A stretch of DNA of 64,000 nucleotides. Source: Octopus vulgaris. Lineage: Eukaryota. Each line of letters begins with the position of its first letter. Within the stretch, counting starts at the first letter, position 1. Location: NCBI GenBank assembly GCA_951406725.2, contig OX597819.1:22010001-22074000 (forward strand), written 5' to 3'. Made by a program: the position numbers and the translations under genes. Under the pieces are notes generated by a model. The model had not been told where the DNA came from and searched no databases. It saw only the letters and a program-made list of their open reading frames with translations. Shown here in pieces: positions 12,972 to 26,421 of this stretch.

Positions 12972-13003
<32 letters not shown>

Positions 13004-15454
13004 AGAAAGGAAGGAAGGAAGGAAGATGAACATTTTGCATCTTGTTGAGGCTGAATCTGCTCAAGTGTGAATACTTTTTCTTCTTCTAAGTGGACAAATG
13101 TCCCAAGGTATGTTGCTAAGAATTATAGCGTTAGTTTAGTTCTTCGCTAAATGTTTCCAGTTCTCTTCGTGTCTGTCTTCATTACATTTTGCTACCTGCT
13201 CTACCTCTGTGTACTAGTGTGTACTACGTTCACTAGTTTCAGATGGATGCACCACCATTACTTGTTGTTTCATGTACTACTATCTACCAGTGTTTCCTAT
13301 TGTGTATTCGTCGTTATTTACTCTTCAATGTATCACTGTAGACTGCCCCTTAGTATCGTATGTGTATACATATAATGTGCAGCATATTTTCTTTGGTGAT
13401 TAATTAGACACTTGAATGGAGTAAGGCTATCTTTTTCCATGTTTCATTAGTCAACATTAGCATCGGATAAAATCAATACTTCTTCCGTACGGTTTTATCG
13501 CCTCATTTTTATATATCCTCATATTCTTATCATATATTTAGTTGTCACAGTCTGTCATTAGACTGTGATATTGTAATCACCGCAAATCGTCATCACAACA
13601 TATTGTCATCGTGTTGTAATCATCACACGTTGTCATCACTACATATCATCATAACTGAATGCTGGAATTGCATCAAATAAGGTGATGTCGGGAGATCTTG
13701 GTCATCTGAGACACAGACACATGGTATCACAATTATACAAATCTGCAAAACAGATGTCCGTCACACAAATGGAATAAATATATTGTAAAATCAAAGCGAT
13801 TGGCTAAAATCTTCAACATGCGAACAGTTGAAGACAAAACAACCGCAAGAAAAAGACAGAGGAAAACCATAGACTGACACCGTAGACGTATGGATTGTGG
13901 GAAGATTTGCATTGATGGAGATCCTAACTTTTCTCTGTCAGAACTGGAGAACATTAATGCAGCACTGGCCAACCTTACGCTTCTGCCAGACTCGTTCGAG
14001 TTCAAAGAGCAACTAATCTTGACGGTGTCTTGTTTTAAATATCAGATGAAAGTATTAAATAATGTAAGTCGGATCTATGACTTACCCTTGAGCAATTTTA
14101 TCACCATTAGTTGTAAACTTCCTACTTTGCAATCGTCAAATAGACCATCTCTCTTTTTCCTTCTTGTCTTTGATTTGAAAACTCAGTTGACAAGCATAAG
14201 AGCAATAACAAGTAAGGAAACGAGTTTTATTGAAGCTATATCCTGGAGTCAAGTGTATAGAAATTCTGTTTCTTTTGATTGGTTATGGTAGAAATTAGAC
14301 AGTCGAAATAAAGAAATCGGTAAAACTTGCTTATTTGCTCTCTGAATTCCTCATATGAAACCACTCAAACTAAGAAGTAATACAGTAAATACTAATTTAA
14401 CTCCAAAGTAAATACTAATTTAAACAGACATCAAAAGTAAGTCCATCGTTTCAGAGAGATTTTACATTTTCTTCAGCGCATTACATATCTAATTTTATTC
14501 CGAGTACAAAAGCCCTTCATTTTCAAAAACGGATGAAAGTTATAATTCATTTGATTCGCCGTTACTAAGTTATTGCTAATTATATTATTTGCTTCGGGGA
14601 CATGAAAAGCATAGTCAGCTGCAACAAGTTTTGAACTCAGAATATAGCAGGAGGAATCGAAACACAGTGCATAAAATATCGATTCCGCTCCCCCACCACA
14701 CACACACGTCAATTAATCTTCAAAACATACGCTATTTTTCTCTCTGTATATATGTATACTCCAGTTATCAAGGATATTGTATTTGTCTCTAATAAATATG
14801 TGTATAATCTCCTTAACACAGGACATGTTACCCTGGTACCCATGCATCATATATATTTTTCAACCACCTGAGTACTATGGACTTACGTAAGGAAAGCGTT
14901 ACTCAGAACACGTGAAACATGGGTTAATTAAAAAAAAATCTAAAAGCAAGCTTGGGCGTTTAGGATAAACATATGAAAAACTTTGGACAGGCAAAAAGGG
15001 TTAATATCTAATCTAATCCTTATTTTTATTTTTTATTTTTTTGTCGTGGATTACAACTAGTTTATTAATCACTGCTGTTCTATTAACTTATTTCTACTAG
15101 TCTATTACTAGTAATATATTCCTGCTTGCTTATTGTGATTAATTTATTACGGTTAGATTATTACTATTTGTTAATTTCAATTAGCTGACAGTTATTAGTT
15201 TATTGCTAGTAGTTTATTACAACTTATTTATAACTAATATTTTACTTCGAATTTAGTTTTTAGCAATAATAAGCTGGTATTGATAGATTCAAAGTGATAG
15301 ATAGAGAGGAATAAACTAGTATCAATAAACTTATAAGTAATACACTAGTAGGAATAAAAGATAAGCAACCAATAATACATTTGCAATAATAAGCTGACGG
15401 CAATAAACTATCAGTCATAAACTAAACATTATATAGTATTAGTTAAATGTTAGT

Positions 15455-15841
15455 GAAAGGGGCAATTGCCCAGTGGTTAGTGCAGCGGACTCACAGTCGT
15501 AGCATTGCGGTTTCGATTCCTAGACCGGGCGTTGTGAGTGTTTATTGAGCGAAAACACCTAAATCTCCACGTGGCTCCGGCAGGGGGTGGTGTCGAACCT
15601 CGCTATATTCTTTCACCGCAACTTTCTCTCACTCTTTCTTCCTGTTTCTGTTGTACCTGTATTTCAAAGGGTCAGACTTGTCACACTCTGTATTACCATT
15701 GAATCTCCTCGAGTACTACTTTAAGGGGTACACAAGTCTGTGGAGTGTTCAGCCACTTGCACGTTAATTTCATGAGCAGACTGTTTCGTTCATCGGATCA
15801 ACTGGAACCCTCGTCGTCGTAACCGACGGAGTGCCACGAGA
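15455..15841 (+). mobile_element. tRNA-derived SINE family B, full length with 11-bp TSD
   Basis: TSD taaatgttagt at 15444-15454 and 15842-15852. A and B boxes are present. Homologous to 7581-7962. Confidence 0.9.
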
Positions 15842-16669
15842 TAAATGTTAGTAGGAATAAACTAACTGAAATAACTAGACATAATATTCCAGAAATAATA
15901 AACTACTAGAAACCTATCAAATGATGCGGTAATCCTACTAAAACTGGTGAGCTGATCCCTTCCGATAATGCAGCGAGCGGGCAGTAGGGTTATCACGCCA
16001 ATCGAAATTCTTTACCTCCATTTCTTCCAACTCTTTCGGTTCTGATTTCCAATCCCGCTGGTGTCAATTCTGCACTTCATCGCTTCGAAATCAATAGAAT
16101 ACTTACCAACTGAGCACTGGGTCGATGTAATCTATTAGCACCTATACTCAAAACTGAGTATTGCAACGGCCTAGTGTCGTGTCCCGTTCGTGATATTCTG
16201 AGATGGTCTGCAGGATATTTTTTTAAAATAGCGAATTATCTTCCTTGCTAGGCGTTGTTACAATAAGTAACAGTTGGAACTGAGATGGATGGCCTTAACC
16301 AAACCCTTTTTCTAACAGAAAAAAAATATATATATGTATTTATATAATATGTTTAAGTATATAAACTACTATTCAAAACTATAAAACCACATGTTTTAAA
16401 AGTTATTAAGACATTTAGCGCCGCATTTAAGTGGACTAACAAGCATAATATATTGCACATCTGTATCTCCTGAATACTTTCAAATTTAAAACCTTGTTCC
16501 TTTATTATCACATTACAACACCTGATTTTCCAAGTTTCCCTAGCATATCAACATTTCAAAACTATAAAGACACTAATACATTTTCATTTCATTCCAAATT
16601 ATTCCAGAAAAAATTCGACTCAGTCGTGATACACATTACATTTCAATTTGCCTAAAGCTACAAGGCTTC

Positions 16670-17048
16670 TCAAAATTGGTCATGGAAAGATTCTTGCACT
16701 GAAGGAATGAGTAACCGGAAGATTGCCGAGAATGCCAGCGGACAATTTTCTGAAAGATCCTGAGTTTCATGAATTTGGGTAACATATATTTCACCAGAAA
16801 AAAAAGACAGGCAGTGCTTTGTCTCTATAGCTTTGAACGATAGTTTATACGGCATTGTAATTATGGTCTCCAAGGAAACTGCAATAACGAGTGAAGTGCT
16901 TCAGGAAACTCGCTGATGTTTATGGTGGCCATTTCTGACCTGCCATGATATACACAGATAGCCACACTTAGTAGCTATGCTAACGACATAAAATTAGTAC
17001 AAGCAGTCAAGGAATCTTTCAATGCTGATCTTTAACGAAAATACCTAG

Positions 17049-17097
<49 letters not shown>

Positions 17098-17640
17098 GGT
17101 GAAGTAAGCAAAATGAAATTTAATGCAGGCAAATTTCAATCCCTGCACTGTTAGATAACTTGTGCTAACAGACTGCAACAACGGTATTTTGACCCAAAAA
17201 GAGCAGTAATCCCATAGGGATGTACAGTGCCTGATATGAGAATTGATATGAGCAACAACGCTTCGTTTCACTTGGATATCATCAGCATGGTGGCAGTGTA
17301 CAGGTAAATGACAGGATGGATTCTGAGAACTTTCCAAACAAAATACCAGGAAACTATGGAGAACATTTGTCATAAGCCGTCTGGACCACAGCTCTAAACT
17401 GTGGTCACCCCATAGCGTCGAATTAATAGCAAAATTTGAGGCAGCCGAGCGGTGCTACACCAGGAAAATCGCATCAATGGAACATTTGAGCAGCTGGAAG
17501 GGGGAAATATGCAATGATATGCGTATAGGAGATCCTGGAGGGGTTGGCACAAAATTTTGGCATCGAGAACTATAACTATATACAGAATAACATGTAACAA
17601 AAACAATTTGCAAACATATTTACATTCCCATATAACAGTT
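16670..17640 (+). mobile_element. Decayed CR1/L2-type LINE reverse-transcriptase fragment
   Basis: Translations YANDIKL (YADD-like), KFQSLH, GWILRTF and LDHSSKLWSPHSVELIAKFEAAERCYTRKI. Many stops and a (TA)n insertion. Confidence 0.7.
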
Positions 17641-17739
17641 AAGAACATCACCATTATTGTATTACGCATGCACGGAAGTGTTTGTTCGACTAGGTGCTGC
17701 TGGCTTAATTACGCACGACTCAAATGAGAGAAGGGATGC

Positions 17740-17835
17740 GTATTTTTCACAAGGTTTAGGTTTTTCAGAATTACAGCCCCCTAAAAATCCCCTGCGTATT
17801 ATACTCAAGGGCGGACTATACTCGAGGATTTACGG
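17740..17835. mobile_element. Right end of a Tc2/pogo-like DNA element
   Basis: Ends with gcgtattatactc...gactatactcgaggatttacgg|TA, typical of TACCGTA-type TIRs. Confidence 0.5.
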
Positions 17836-17875
17836 TATATATATATATATACATATATATATGTATCAGATAGAT

Positions 17876-17918
<43 letters not shown>

Positions 17919-18195
17919 GTATATATTTATTTGTATATATATGTATATATGTATTTGTATATATATGTATATGTATATATATGTATATATATGTATGTAT
18001 ATGTATATATATGTATATGTATATATATGTATGTATATGTATATATATGTATATGTATATATATGTATGTATATGTATATATATATATGTATATGTATAT
18101 ATATGTATGTATATGTATATTTATGTATATATATGTATATGTATATATATGTATGTATATAAATATATATATGTTTATATATATGTATATATATA
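17836..18195. repeat. (TA)n/(TATG)n compound microsatellite
   Basis: Direct inspection; source of several spurious ORFs. Confidence 0.95.
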
Positions 18196-18323
18196 TTGCG
18201 GACATGTACTTGCATAGCAAGTGACTTGCTCTGATATCGTGTGCTGAAACAAAAACAATTACAACGTAGAAGTCATTTAAAACACACAAAAACCGTTAGA
18301 TGCACTTGAACATTTAAATTTAA

Positions 18324-18374
18324 TTTGTTAAAATATTTTCGTTGCTTTGAAACCGCGACCTGATCACTGACAAA
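18324..18374 (-). ncRNA. Hammerhead ribozyme variant with G3-C8 swap
   Basis: Minus strand UUUGUCA-GUGAUCA-G-GUCGC(GGUUUCAAA)GCAAC-GAAA-AUAU-UU|UAACAAA. One mismatch each in stems I and II; palindromic AAUAUU stem III. Confidence 0.65.
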
Positions 18375-18381
18375 ATGCATT

Positions 18382-18476
<95 letters not shown>

Positions 18477-19254
18477 ACGACCATCTTCCATGTAACTTCC
18501 ATCGACCAAATTCACTCACAAAGCATTGGTCGGCCCGAGACAATAGTAGAAGATATTTGTCCAAGTTAGCACGTGGCTGCAACGCGTGCTTTTTAACGGT
18601 GATTTCACCATATATGTATGTGTGTAAACGCACCTATAATATAGTCACCTGACCAATCAAAGTCAGAATATACGCCCTACAACATTGATGAGAGTAACTT
18701 TCTGAACATATTTTTTGCGGTCTATCTGATATTCAGCTCAACAAGGCAAAGATTAAAGAGAATCACTGTATTCTACTATACTACCTTGCTACATGAAAGA
18801 GAAGTAACTATACAACCTTGGAACATGAAGGAAAATAATATGATAGGCTAATGACATACCGAGTGAATAATACAACGTTAGCGCTACGCAAAAATATATG
18901 CACTAGTCTCAAAAATTTGGGCCGTGTATAGATGTTTACACCCTTCTCGGAATGTGAGCGCTTGTTCATAATTTAGAAATCAATACAGTAATATAGAAAA
19001 TATATATCTTGTGTATATTGCAATGCTGTAACCATATATACAATTTTATTGTAATATAGAAAATATCTTTTCTTTTATTTCATAGCGACAAACATATATA
19101 CTATTTTTATTATTGTAAGGTAAGGAAATATATATTTATACTACATTGCTATAAATAAATATTCTATTTTTATTAGAACAGAAAATATATATTTATATTG
19201 AGTTGATGTTCCTGTAAATATATGCACTTATACAATGTTAGATACATATACAGA

Positions 19255-19256
19255 TC

Positions 19257-19288
<32 letters not shown>

Positions 19289-19307
19289 TACAGACAGACA
19301 GACAGAC

Positions 19308-19381
<74 letters not shown>

Positions 19382-19487
19382 ACAGACAGATAGGTAGATA
19401 GATAAACAGACAGATAGGTAGATAGATAAATAGACAGACAGATAGATAGGTAGATAGATAGATAGACAGATAGATAGATAAATAGAC

Positions 19488-19559
<72 letters not shown>

Positions 19560-19720
19560 GGATAATAGACAGATAGATAGATAGATAGATAGATGGATAA
19601 TAGACAGACAGATAGATAGAAGGATAATAGACAGACAGACAGATAGATAGATAGATAAAGAGACAGATAGATAGATAAACAGACAGATAGGTAGATAGAT
19701 AAAGAGACAGATATGCAGGC

Positions 19721-19812
<92 letters not shown>
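19255..19812. repeat. Compound (GATA)n/(GACA)n microsatellite
   Basis: About 560 bp of tetranucleotide array. Confidence 0.97.
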
Positions 19813-19813
<1 letters not shown>

Positions 19814-20242
19814 TAAGGTGGTCGTCTACTCCTTATGCAGACTCTGACCACCTCTTGTATTTACACCTTGCATCCAACATGACGTCAGCTGTGGATTTTA
19901 AACCAGACAAATGTATTGAAAAGACAATCACATAGATTGCAGATCTGATTTGGACCACTATGAGCAGCAATTAAGTTCTGATCTTCGTGGATCTTAAAAT
20001 GTCTTTAGAGGTTTCCGTTAGATTTGCAGACCTTGTGACACACAGCAATGAACGGTGTGCATTGATCGATTCTGCAAAAGAGGCCGATAGAATAAGTACT
20101 AGGCTTACAAAGAATAAGTCCTGATGGGTCGATTTGCTCGACTAAAGGGCGGTGCTCCAACATGACCGCCGTAAAATGACTGAAACCAGTAAAGGAATGA
20201 AACTGAAATGTTTATTCGTCAAAGTGGATTTTCTTCATGTTT

Positions 20243-20935
20243 TTCCTGAGGTTATTTCTACAAATCTTCTATAGAAACTGCAGACAGCACTGGTCTTTGC
20301 TGGCTAAAATTGTTTCAGATTCTAGACGCCAGACATCAACAAACAATGAAATCGAAGATGAAAAGTGGGTAATGGGCCTATATGCCATATTTCATGGGGT
20401 TTTGTCTCTTCATAAGTACCCATCTAAGTCATCATCCATGAACGCGTTGATTTATAAAAACATGTCATAGACCTCTTTATGATATATAATGGTTGCATAA
20501 CGAAACACTACGTACCTCTCAATCTTTAGTTTTACGTACCAACTTCCAGGAATGCGTTTAATATGTCAATTGGTATATCCAATATCTTGTCACCGCTATG
20601 TATGGTGGCTATTTAAGCAATGTGTTCGAGGGTGATTAATGGGTTAAATGGGGACTGATGAAGGGGACAAAACCACTACGAAATATGGCATCTACGTCCA
20701 TTGCCCAGTTTTCATCTCTGATTTCGTTATTTGTTTATATTTGACGTCTCGTATACAAAACGACGTAGCAAAAATAAGTGCTGGCTATAATTTGTATAGT
20801 AGACCTGTAGGAATAACCTTAAGAAAATTATGTAAAGTGCACTGCTAATGCAATAGAAGACGTGGTGTTGACTTATAAAAAACATTGAATATATTTCATA
20901 GAATATTAATGGTTGCATAACGGAATAGCACGTAA
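20243..20935. mobile_element. Old PLE-like terminal repeats: inverted pair (20243-20430 vs 20643-20825) plus direct pair (about 20435-20515 vs 20860-20935), with a decayed HHR in each inverted arm
   Basis: The arms align as reverse complements at about 70-75% identity. HHR-like motifs at 20647-20702 (+) and 20371-20424 (-). Confidence 0.6.
20647..20702 (+). ncRNA. Decayed hammerhead motif
   Basis: AAUGGGGA-CUGAUGA-AGGGG(ACAAAA)CCACUAC-GAAA-UAUGGCAUC-UA|CGUCCAUU. The core is intact but the stems are mismatched. Confidence 0.5.
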
Positions 20936-21159
20936 ATACAAATCATTATAAATTGGATTCTATCAAATCATATATTACATGTACCATCACAATTTTATTC
21001 CAGGCTTGCTCACAACTGTCCGACGAACGCAAACGTGAAACTCTGAATCACAATCTGTTGTGATATTTTTGCAATGCATATCACAATACCTTCAGTATTG
21101 CAATACTATTTTTATTTTTTCTACCTTGTTTTGCATTAATTGTGCTTACTCGTGTGTTC

Positions 21160-21299
<140 letters not shown>

Positions 21300-22204
21300 A
21301 ACATACTTGGAAATAGATGCGTGGCGTTCAATCAATATATAAATATACATGCATATATACATACTTATATGTACCTACTTACATATATATGTATATACAC
21401 ATACATATATGGGCACAGGACACCACTGTACGTACACAACATGAAATACGGAATATGAAAACATGGAATATGGATATTTTTCCGAACAACGAAAGAAACA
21501 AATCGAAAACAAGACAAGCAACATAAAGAACGACCCTTCATCAGTTTTCGGCTGTTTTTCTACTTCGTATTTCGAGAAATTCACCACAAGATACGTTTTC
21601 GACAAAATAGTTGCTCCCGCAAGGCAAATTAAATAAAATTTGGGATTTTGCGGAGGGTCAAAGTTGGTAACCAAAGCAGGACAGTGAAAACAAACAGGAA
21701 GCACTGTTAAGCCTGAACGAGGCGAGTTGTTGAACGCGGAGGAACAAGCTCTGACAGGAGACAGACGAGAATGCGTCTTATCCCTGCGGTTGATCAGAAA
21801 GAAAGAAAGAAAGACATTCAAGTTAGGAAAAGAAAGATGGCCGATGGTAATGTGCGAGTAACGAGAGACCAAAGACGGGAGAGTGAAGAAGAGAGAGGTA
21901 CAGCCAGAGAACGGTGAAGGGGAGAGGAAAAGGATTAGAGAAGGGATGAATGAAAAAAAAACGAAACGGAGAGAAAGTGAAATATAAAGAATCGGAGAAA
22001 AGAAGAGAGAGGAAACGAAAGAGAAGAGGGAAAGAGAAAAAGAAAGAGATAGAAAGTGTCGCATCGAAATTATTAAGATAAAACTTACTTGGAAATGGAT
22101 GCGTGGTGTTCAGGTAGACACGCATATATGCATTATATTGTATCTATGTTAATATTCAAAATATATAAAATATATGTTCTCTGTTTCAATATTGTAGAAT
22201 CAAA

Positions 22205-22405
22205 AGGCGACAAGGTGGCAGTTAGGCGAAGGGCTCAGCGGTATTTCGTCTGTCTTTATGTTCAGAGTTCAAATACCGCCGAGGTCAACTTTGTTTTTCA
22301 TCCTTTCGCTGTCAATAAATTAAGTACCAGTTTCCTACTGGGGTCGGTCTAATCGACAGGCCTCCTCCCCCAAAAATTCAGGCCTTGTACCTAGAGTAGA
22401 AACGA
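22205..22405 (+). mobile_element. SINE family A copy
   Basis: Contains gagttcaaataccgccgaggtcaactttgtttttcatcctttcg...taagtaccag. Confidence 0.8.
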
Positions 22406-22767
22406 ATATTGTAGAAGCATATGTTTTCTTTCATTCTTAAGTTTCCTTTTGTTATGCCGTAATATAAGGCACGCAAAACTTTATATTTCAATGCTAAAAA
22501 TTTTTTAGTAACGATTATAAATTCGCTGACATTTTTATACTGAAAACAAATCTATATCTATAAAACAGTCCTTGGACGAAAATTGTATGCACATTTTGAT
22601 TTGACGGTCAATTGCGGCCAAACCGAGGCTAGGATAGAGCTGAAAATTGGCAGGGATACTAAATGCGTGGTGAGGATGAGACCCGCGATGGTTAAAATTC
22701 GCAAGCTATAAAGATGTGGTTTCTATGGCAAAAAGAGTGATTTTATATGTTTATTTTTGTATTGTAA

Positions 22768-23168
22768 CTAGCAGTATCGCCCGGCGTTGCTCGGGTTTGT
22801 AAGGGAAATAACTATATAAGCATTTTTAGAGATGTAAAGTATAATAGCCATCTCAATATGGCTAACCACAAAGGGGGTGGTGTTACTGTAGCTTTTTACG
22901 TTCTGAGATTTAATAATAATTTTTTAGAGAGTTACTTCCCTTATATATGCCAAAAATGCATTAAAAATGGGAAAAATTGATGATAAATATTTTTTTAAAT
23001 CGTAGACTCATCGTAGACGCGCGCTAATACCCAGAAGGGCTCGATATGAATCACGACTATAAGATACCCGGTTTTGGTTAAACTGCACCGCAAAATGTGG
23101 GAGTAGTTAGGAATCTAAATCGTAGGAGACAGACAGCACACAACCTCACTTTTATATATATATAAAGA
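22768..23168 (-). mobile_element. Complete non-autonomous Helitron
   Basis: Minus strand reads A|TC... at 23168, with a subterminal hairpin cccgagcaacgccggg and ...CTAG|T at 22768. It sits between A and T without a TSD. Confidence 0.8.
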
Positions 23169-23185
23169 TATGGAATTGCTGTGTA

Positions 23186-23390
23186 GGCGACGGGCTGGCA
23201 GAATCGCAGGAGATCGGATAACATGCTTAGCGGTGTTTCAATCCGTCTTTACATTCTGATTTCAAATTTTGTCGAGGTTTACTTTGCTTTTCATCATCTC
23301 TGGGTCGATAAAATAGGTACAAATTGAGAACAGGGAGTCAATCTAATCGACCTTCTCTGAAATTTCTTGTGCTGTACCAAATTTGAAGCT
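23186..23390 (+). mobile_element. SINE family A copy (diverged)
   Basis: ggcgacgggctggcagaatc head and gaggtttactttgcttttcatc core. Confidence 0.75.
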
Positions 23391-26335
23391 AAGATAGAAA
23401 GTCTGTCTGTCTTATTCCATGATAATTTTGCAAATACGTATGGCTGTTACTATTTAACACCAGGTCAGCTGTTATCTAGCACACTTATAACTGTGATCAC
23501 TTGTTTTTTTTTTTAGTTTTACGTATGTTTTTGTCCTCTTTTTGTTGTATATACTGTGGTTAGAACACTATCTAGTGTATGTCTCCTTTTGAAAAACTTT
23601 AGGGCATCATCTGAGGGAGATTTGGCTGTTATCTCTGGCACGTCGACCAGTCGCAAATATTCTTCTCCGTTGGTTCATTAGAGGCATCCTTATTGTCTGA
23701 AGCCGATAAGATCGTCTACACTTTTCTTTCTTTCAAGTGAATTCATACTCTACATAGAGCAGTGTTTATACTTATCTATTTACATATGTATCTATAGTTT
23801 CAGCCTGCCTTAACTAAACAAAGCAGACATCTAACTATTCAATCATTCAACCGTCCAACTATGAGACTTTCAAGATTTTCTTGTTATTAGTTTCTTCTTT
23901 TTTTCTTCTTCTTTTGTTTCTCATGTACAGCACACGCAATTACAACTAAAAGACCGCTAGATTGCCAGGAACGAACAAAATAAAAAAAAAAATAACACAC
24001 CAATTCTTTACTAATCTGATTGATGCAAAATCAATGTCTACGCATGGTACGTTAGCAAATATAACTAAATGGGCAGATAATCATGATTTTTCTGATTCAA
24101 ATTTCATTGGAATATATGAAAAGAATCCATCCATCCGTTTAGTAATATGATTACAGACAATATCGAACAAGAAGGTTCAACAGTAACATATTCAAAAATG
24201 TTGCCATATGAAAGATTGTTAGTTGTGCTTTTTATGTCTGGTGTCAAGGATGCCTTTGCCCTTTGACATTTCTTGACAGCCACGTTATCCAAACAGATCG
24301 TCTGCTTTTGCCAATATCCTATTTTAACTTTATGATGGTTTCTAGATAGAGTCAGTTATGTTTGACAGATTGGCTGAGTATGTAACATAGAGTTTTACTT
24401 TTCGGCTGATATAAAAGACAACAGCTATGACTACGGCGACGACGACGACGACTGGCGATGGCGTACAGCACTTTGAGATTCGTTGATATTTATTGCTGTG
24501 ATAGAAGTTATGATTTACCGATTATCATAAAGATATGCTAGGTCACCTATTTGCAATTTTAGTGGCAGTCGTTTTCATTTTAGCTTGTCAATATCAATAA
24601 ATGTGGCTATTTTTGTACAATCACCGTGTCTTCCACGCCATGCTATAACATCTTTAAAGTCTGCCAAGTAGGCTTGCGTTGTTTTATGAGTTTACATTTT
24701 CATATTTTATTATATTAGAGATATTCTGACAGTTTTCACCAATATCGAATCTTAATACTTCCGTATATATTGTTTGCTTTCTTTCGAAATTCTATCAATG
24801 ACGTGACTCTGACTAACTGTTGTTGTGCAAATGTATTTGTTGTTGTTGTTGTTGTTCGGTGAGTGTGTAGTTTCTTTAAAGTTGTACTTCTGTCAAACTA
24901 TTATTTAATTCTTCTCTTCTTTTACTGGTTTCGGTTATTGGATTCTGACCTTATTGAGGTGGTGCCTTGTATAGCAGAACTAATTACATAGGGCCTAGTA
25001 TTCATTTTATCGATCTCCGAAAAAAGGAAAGGTAAAGCGTACTCGGACGAGATTTGAACTCGGAACGTACACCAAATAATGCAAGGTATATTTTCTATGC
25101 TCTACAGATATTTTTGAGCATTATTTAGAGAGAAATTCCTCTCCGTGTACTAACATAAGGCTATTTCACTTGAATAACACGATTTCACCCAACAATATAT
25201 TGCAACCAGTGACTTCGTCGATGTGTTAAGTCTCTTCCCTGCCCATCTGTAGTCACTGATTCTCTGAGATAAAACGATATGTCTGTGTGTAGGAACTCGA
25301 GCGTGTGTGTCTCTGTATGTGTAACTTTATATTTTGTATATGTATAAGTATGCATGTGAAGACATATATAAATAAATAAATAATATATATCCAAAACTGA
25401 GGTTAAAGGGTTATATAAAATCCTGTTGATTACCGTGTTTCCCTTAAATCGGTTTCATACGCCGGCTAATCACAACGGCCTTTTAGTGATACCCGAGTTA
25501 ATAATAAGTCGCTAGATTCTGGTAATTATTCTCGCTGGGTAAATCCCAGTATCCCATTCGGAACTGTATAGTTTCCGGAGAATAAGTAATAGTGTAACAG
25601 TGATGTGTCTGTGTTCAAATGTAACTTGAGTAAACTGTTGCCAATTTTAGCATGTTACCAAAACGATACACAATGTGGAAAGTCAGTGATAGAGTTGCAT
25701 CTGTGAGGCATTGAGAAAATACATCAGAAGGCTATATTAGAAGAAGCATCATAATTTATTTGGGTTGCAATGAGAGTAGAAAAGTAGTGTGGTATGTAAG
25801 AGTCAAGGAAGGCCATTAGACCTACTGTTACATAAATGGGTAAAAGCATACCATAATAAAGGTAGCAAGAAGTTTAAACAGGCAGGCTCCGTCCAGAGAG
25901 ATTAACCTTTAAGTCGGTGAAATAACACAGCTGTTCATGTTGAAGTAATGCTGTCAGGGGTAGTGTCCGTCCGAAATCCCACGGAAAATAGCTGTACTCT
26001 TGTCCGAGTATTCTGCTAAATGCTGGCTGATTGACTGGAATAGAGTTTTGTTCGCCGACGGTCGTAGAAATTTTTCGTTAACGGTAGTGGCGTTGGGGTC
26101 TTCTGCTGACTGCAAAAAAAGACACGCTCTTTTTTTTCTTTTGCAGTGGTGAGTCGTCCATCTACGCGCGAGGCAATACGCACACTAGCCATATCACACA
26201 TAGATGTAAGACCACTACGCCAGAGGAAAGTAATTTCTCTACAATAGTATCAAATAGTATTAAATAATGATAAGAATAACAGAGAGTTTCCACATCTATA
26301 ATTTTATTAAACAGTTATTTACAGCATTCTCTTCT

Positions 26336-26421
26336 GGACCTACGCGCGTTTCAACTGCATCGACTGCACCATATTAGATATGAATCCTAGTGTCATTGTT
26401 GGTACAGTTTCATCAGGTTCC
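26336..26421 (-). ncRNA. Type I hammerhead ribozyme with long stem II
   Basis: Minus strand GGAAC-CUGAUGA-AACUGUA...UGCAGUU-GAAA-CGCGCG-UA|GGUCC: 7-bp stem II, palindromic ACGCGCGU stem III and one stem I mismatch. Confidence 0.8.

Noticed and set aside
13700-14330. ORFs 13890-14291 and 13733-14005 as a host exon
   Set aside because: No recognisable domain or splice structure; probably a decayed LINE fragment, but unassignable.
17657-19851. Long ORFs such as 17657-18217 and 19228-19851 (also 51804-52418 and 57716-58999)
   Set aside because: They are translations of (TA)n, (GATA)n or (TAA)n microsatellites that lack stops in some frames; not genes.
21520-21610. Minus-strand CTGATGA with nearby GAAA motifs
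   Set aside because: I could not build stems I-III in any hammerhead permutation.
21375-22125. 229-aa hydrophobic ORF
   Set aside because: It arises from a purine/pyrimidine-skewed low-complexity tract within a repeat.
25170-25470. Two HHR-like fragments on the minus strand (TCGACGA...GAAATC; GAAACCGATT)
   Set aside because: Too decayed or incomplete to call.
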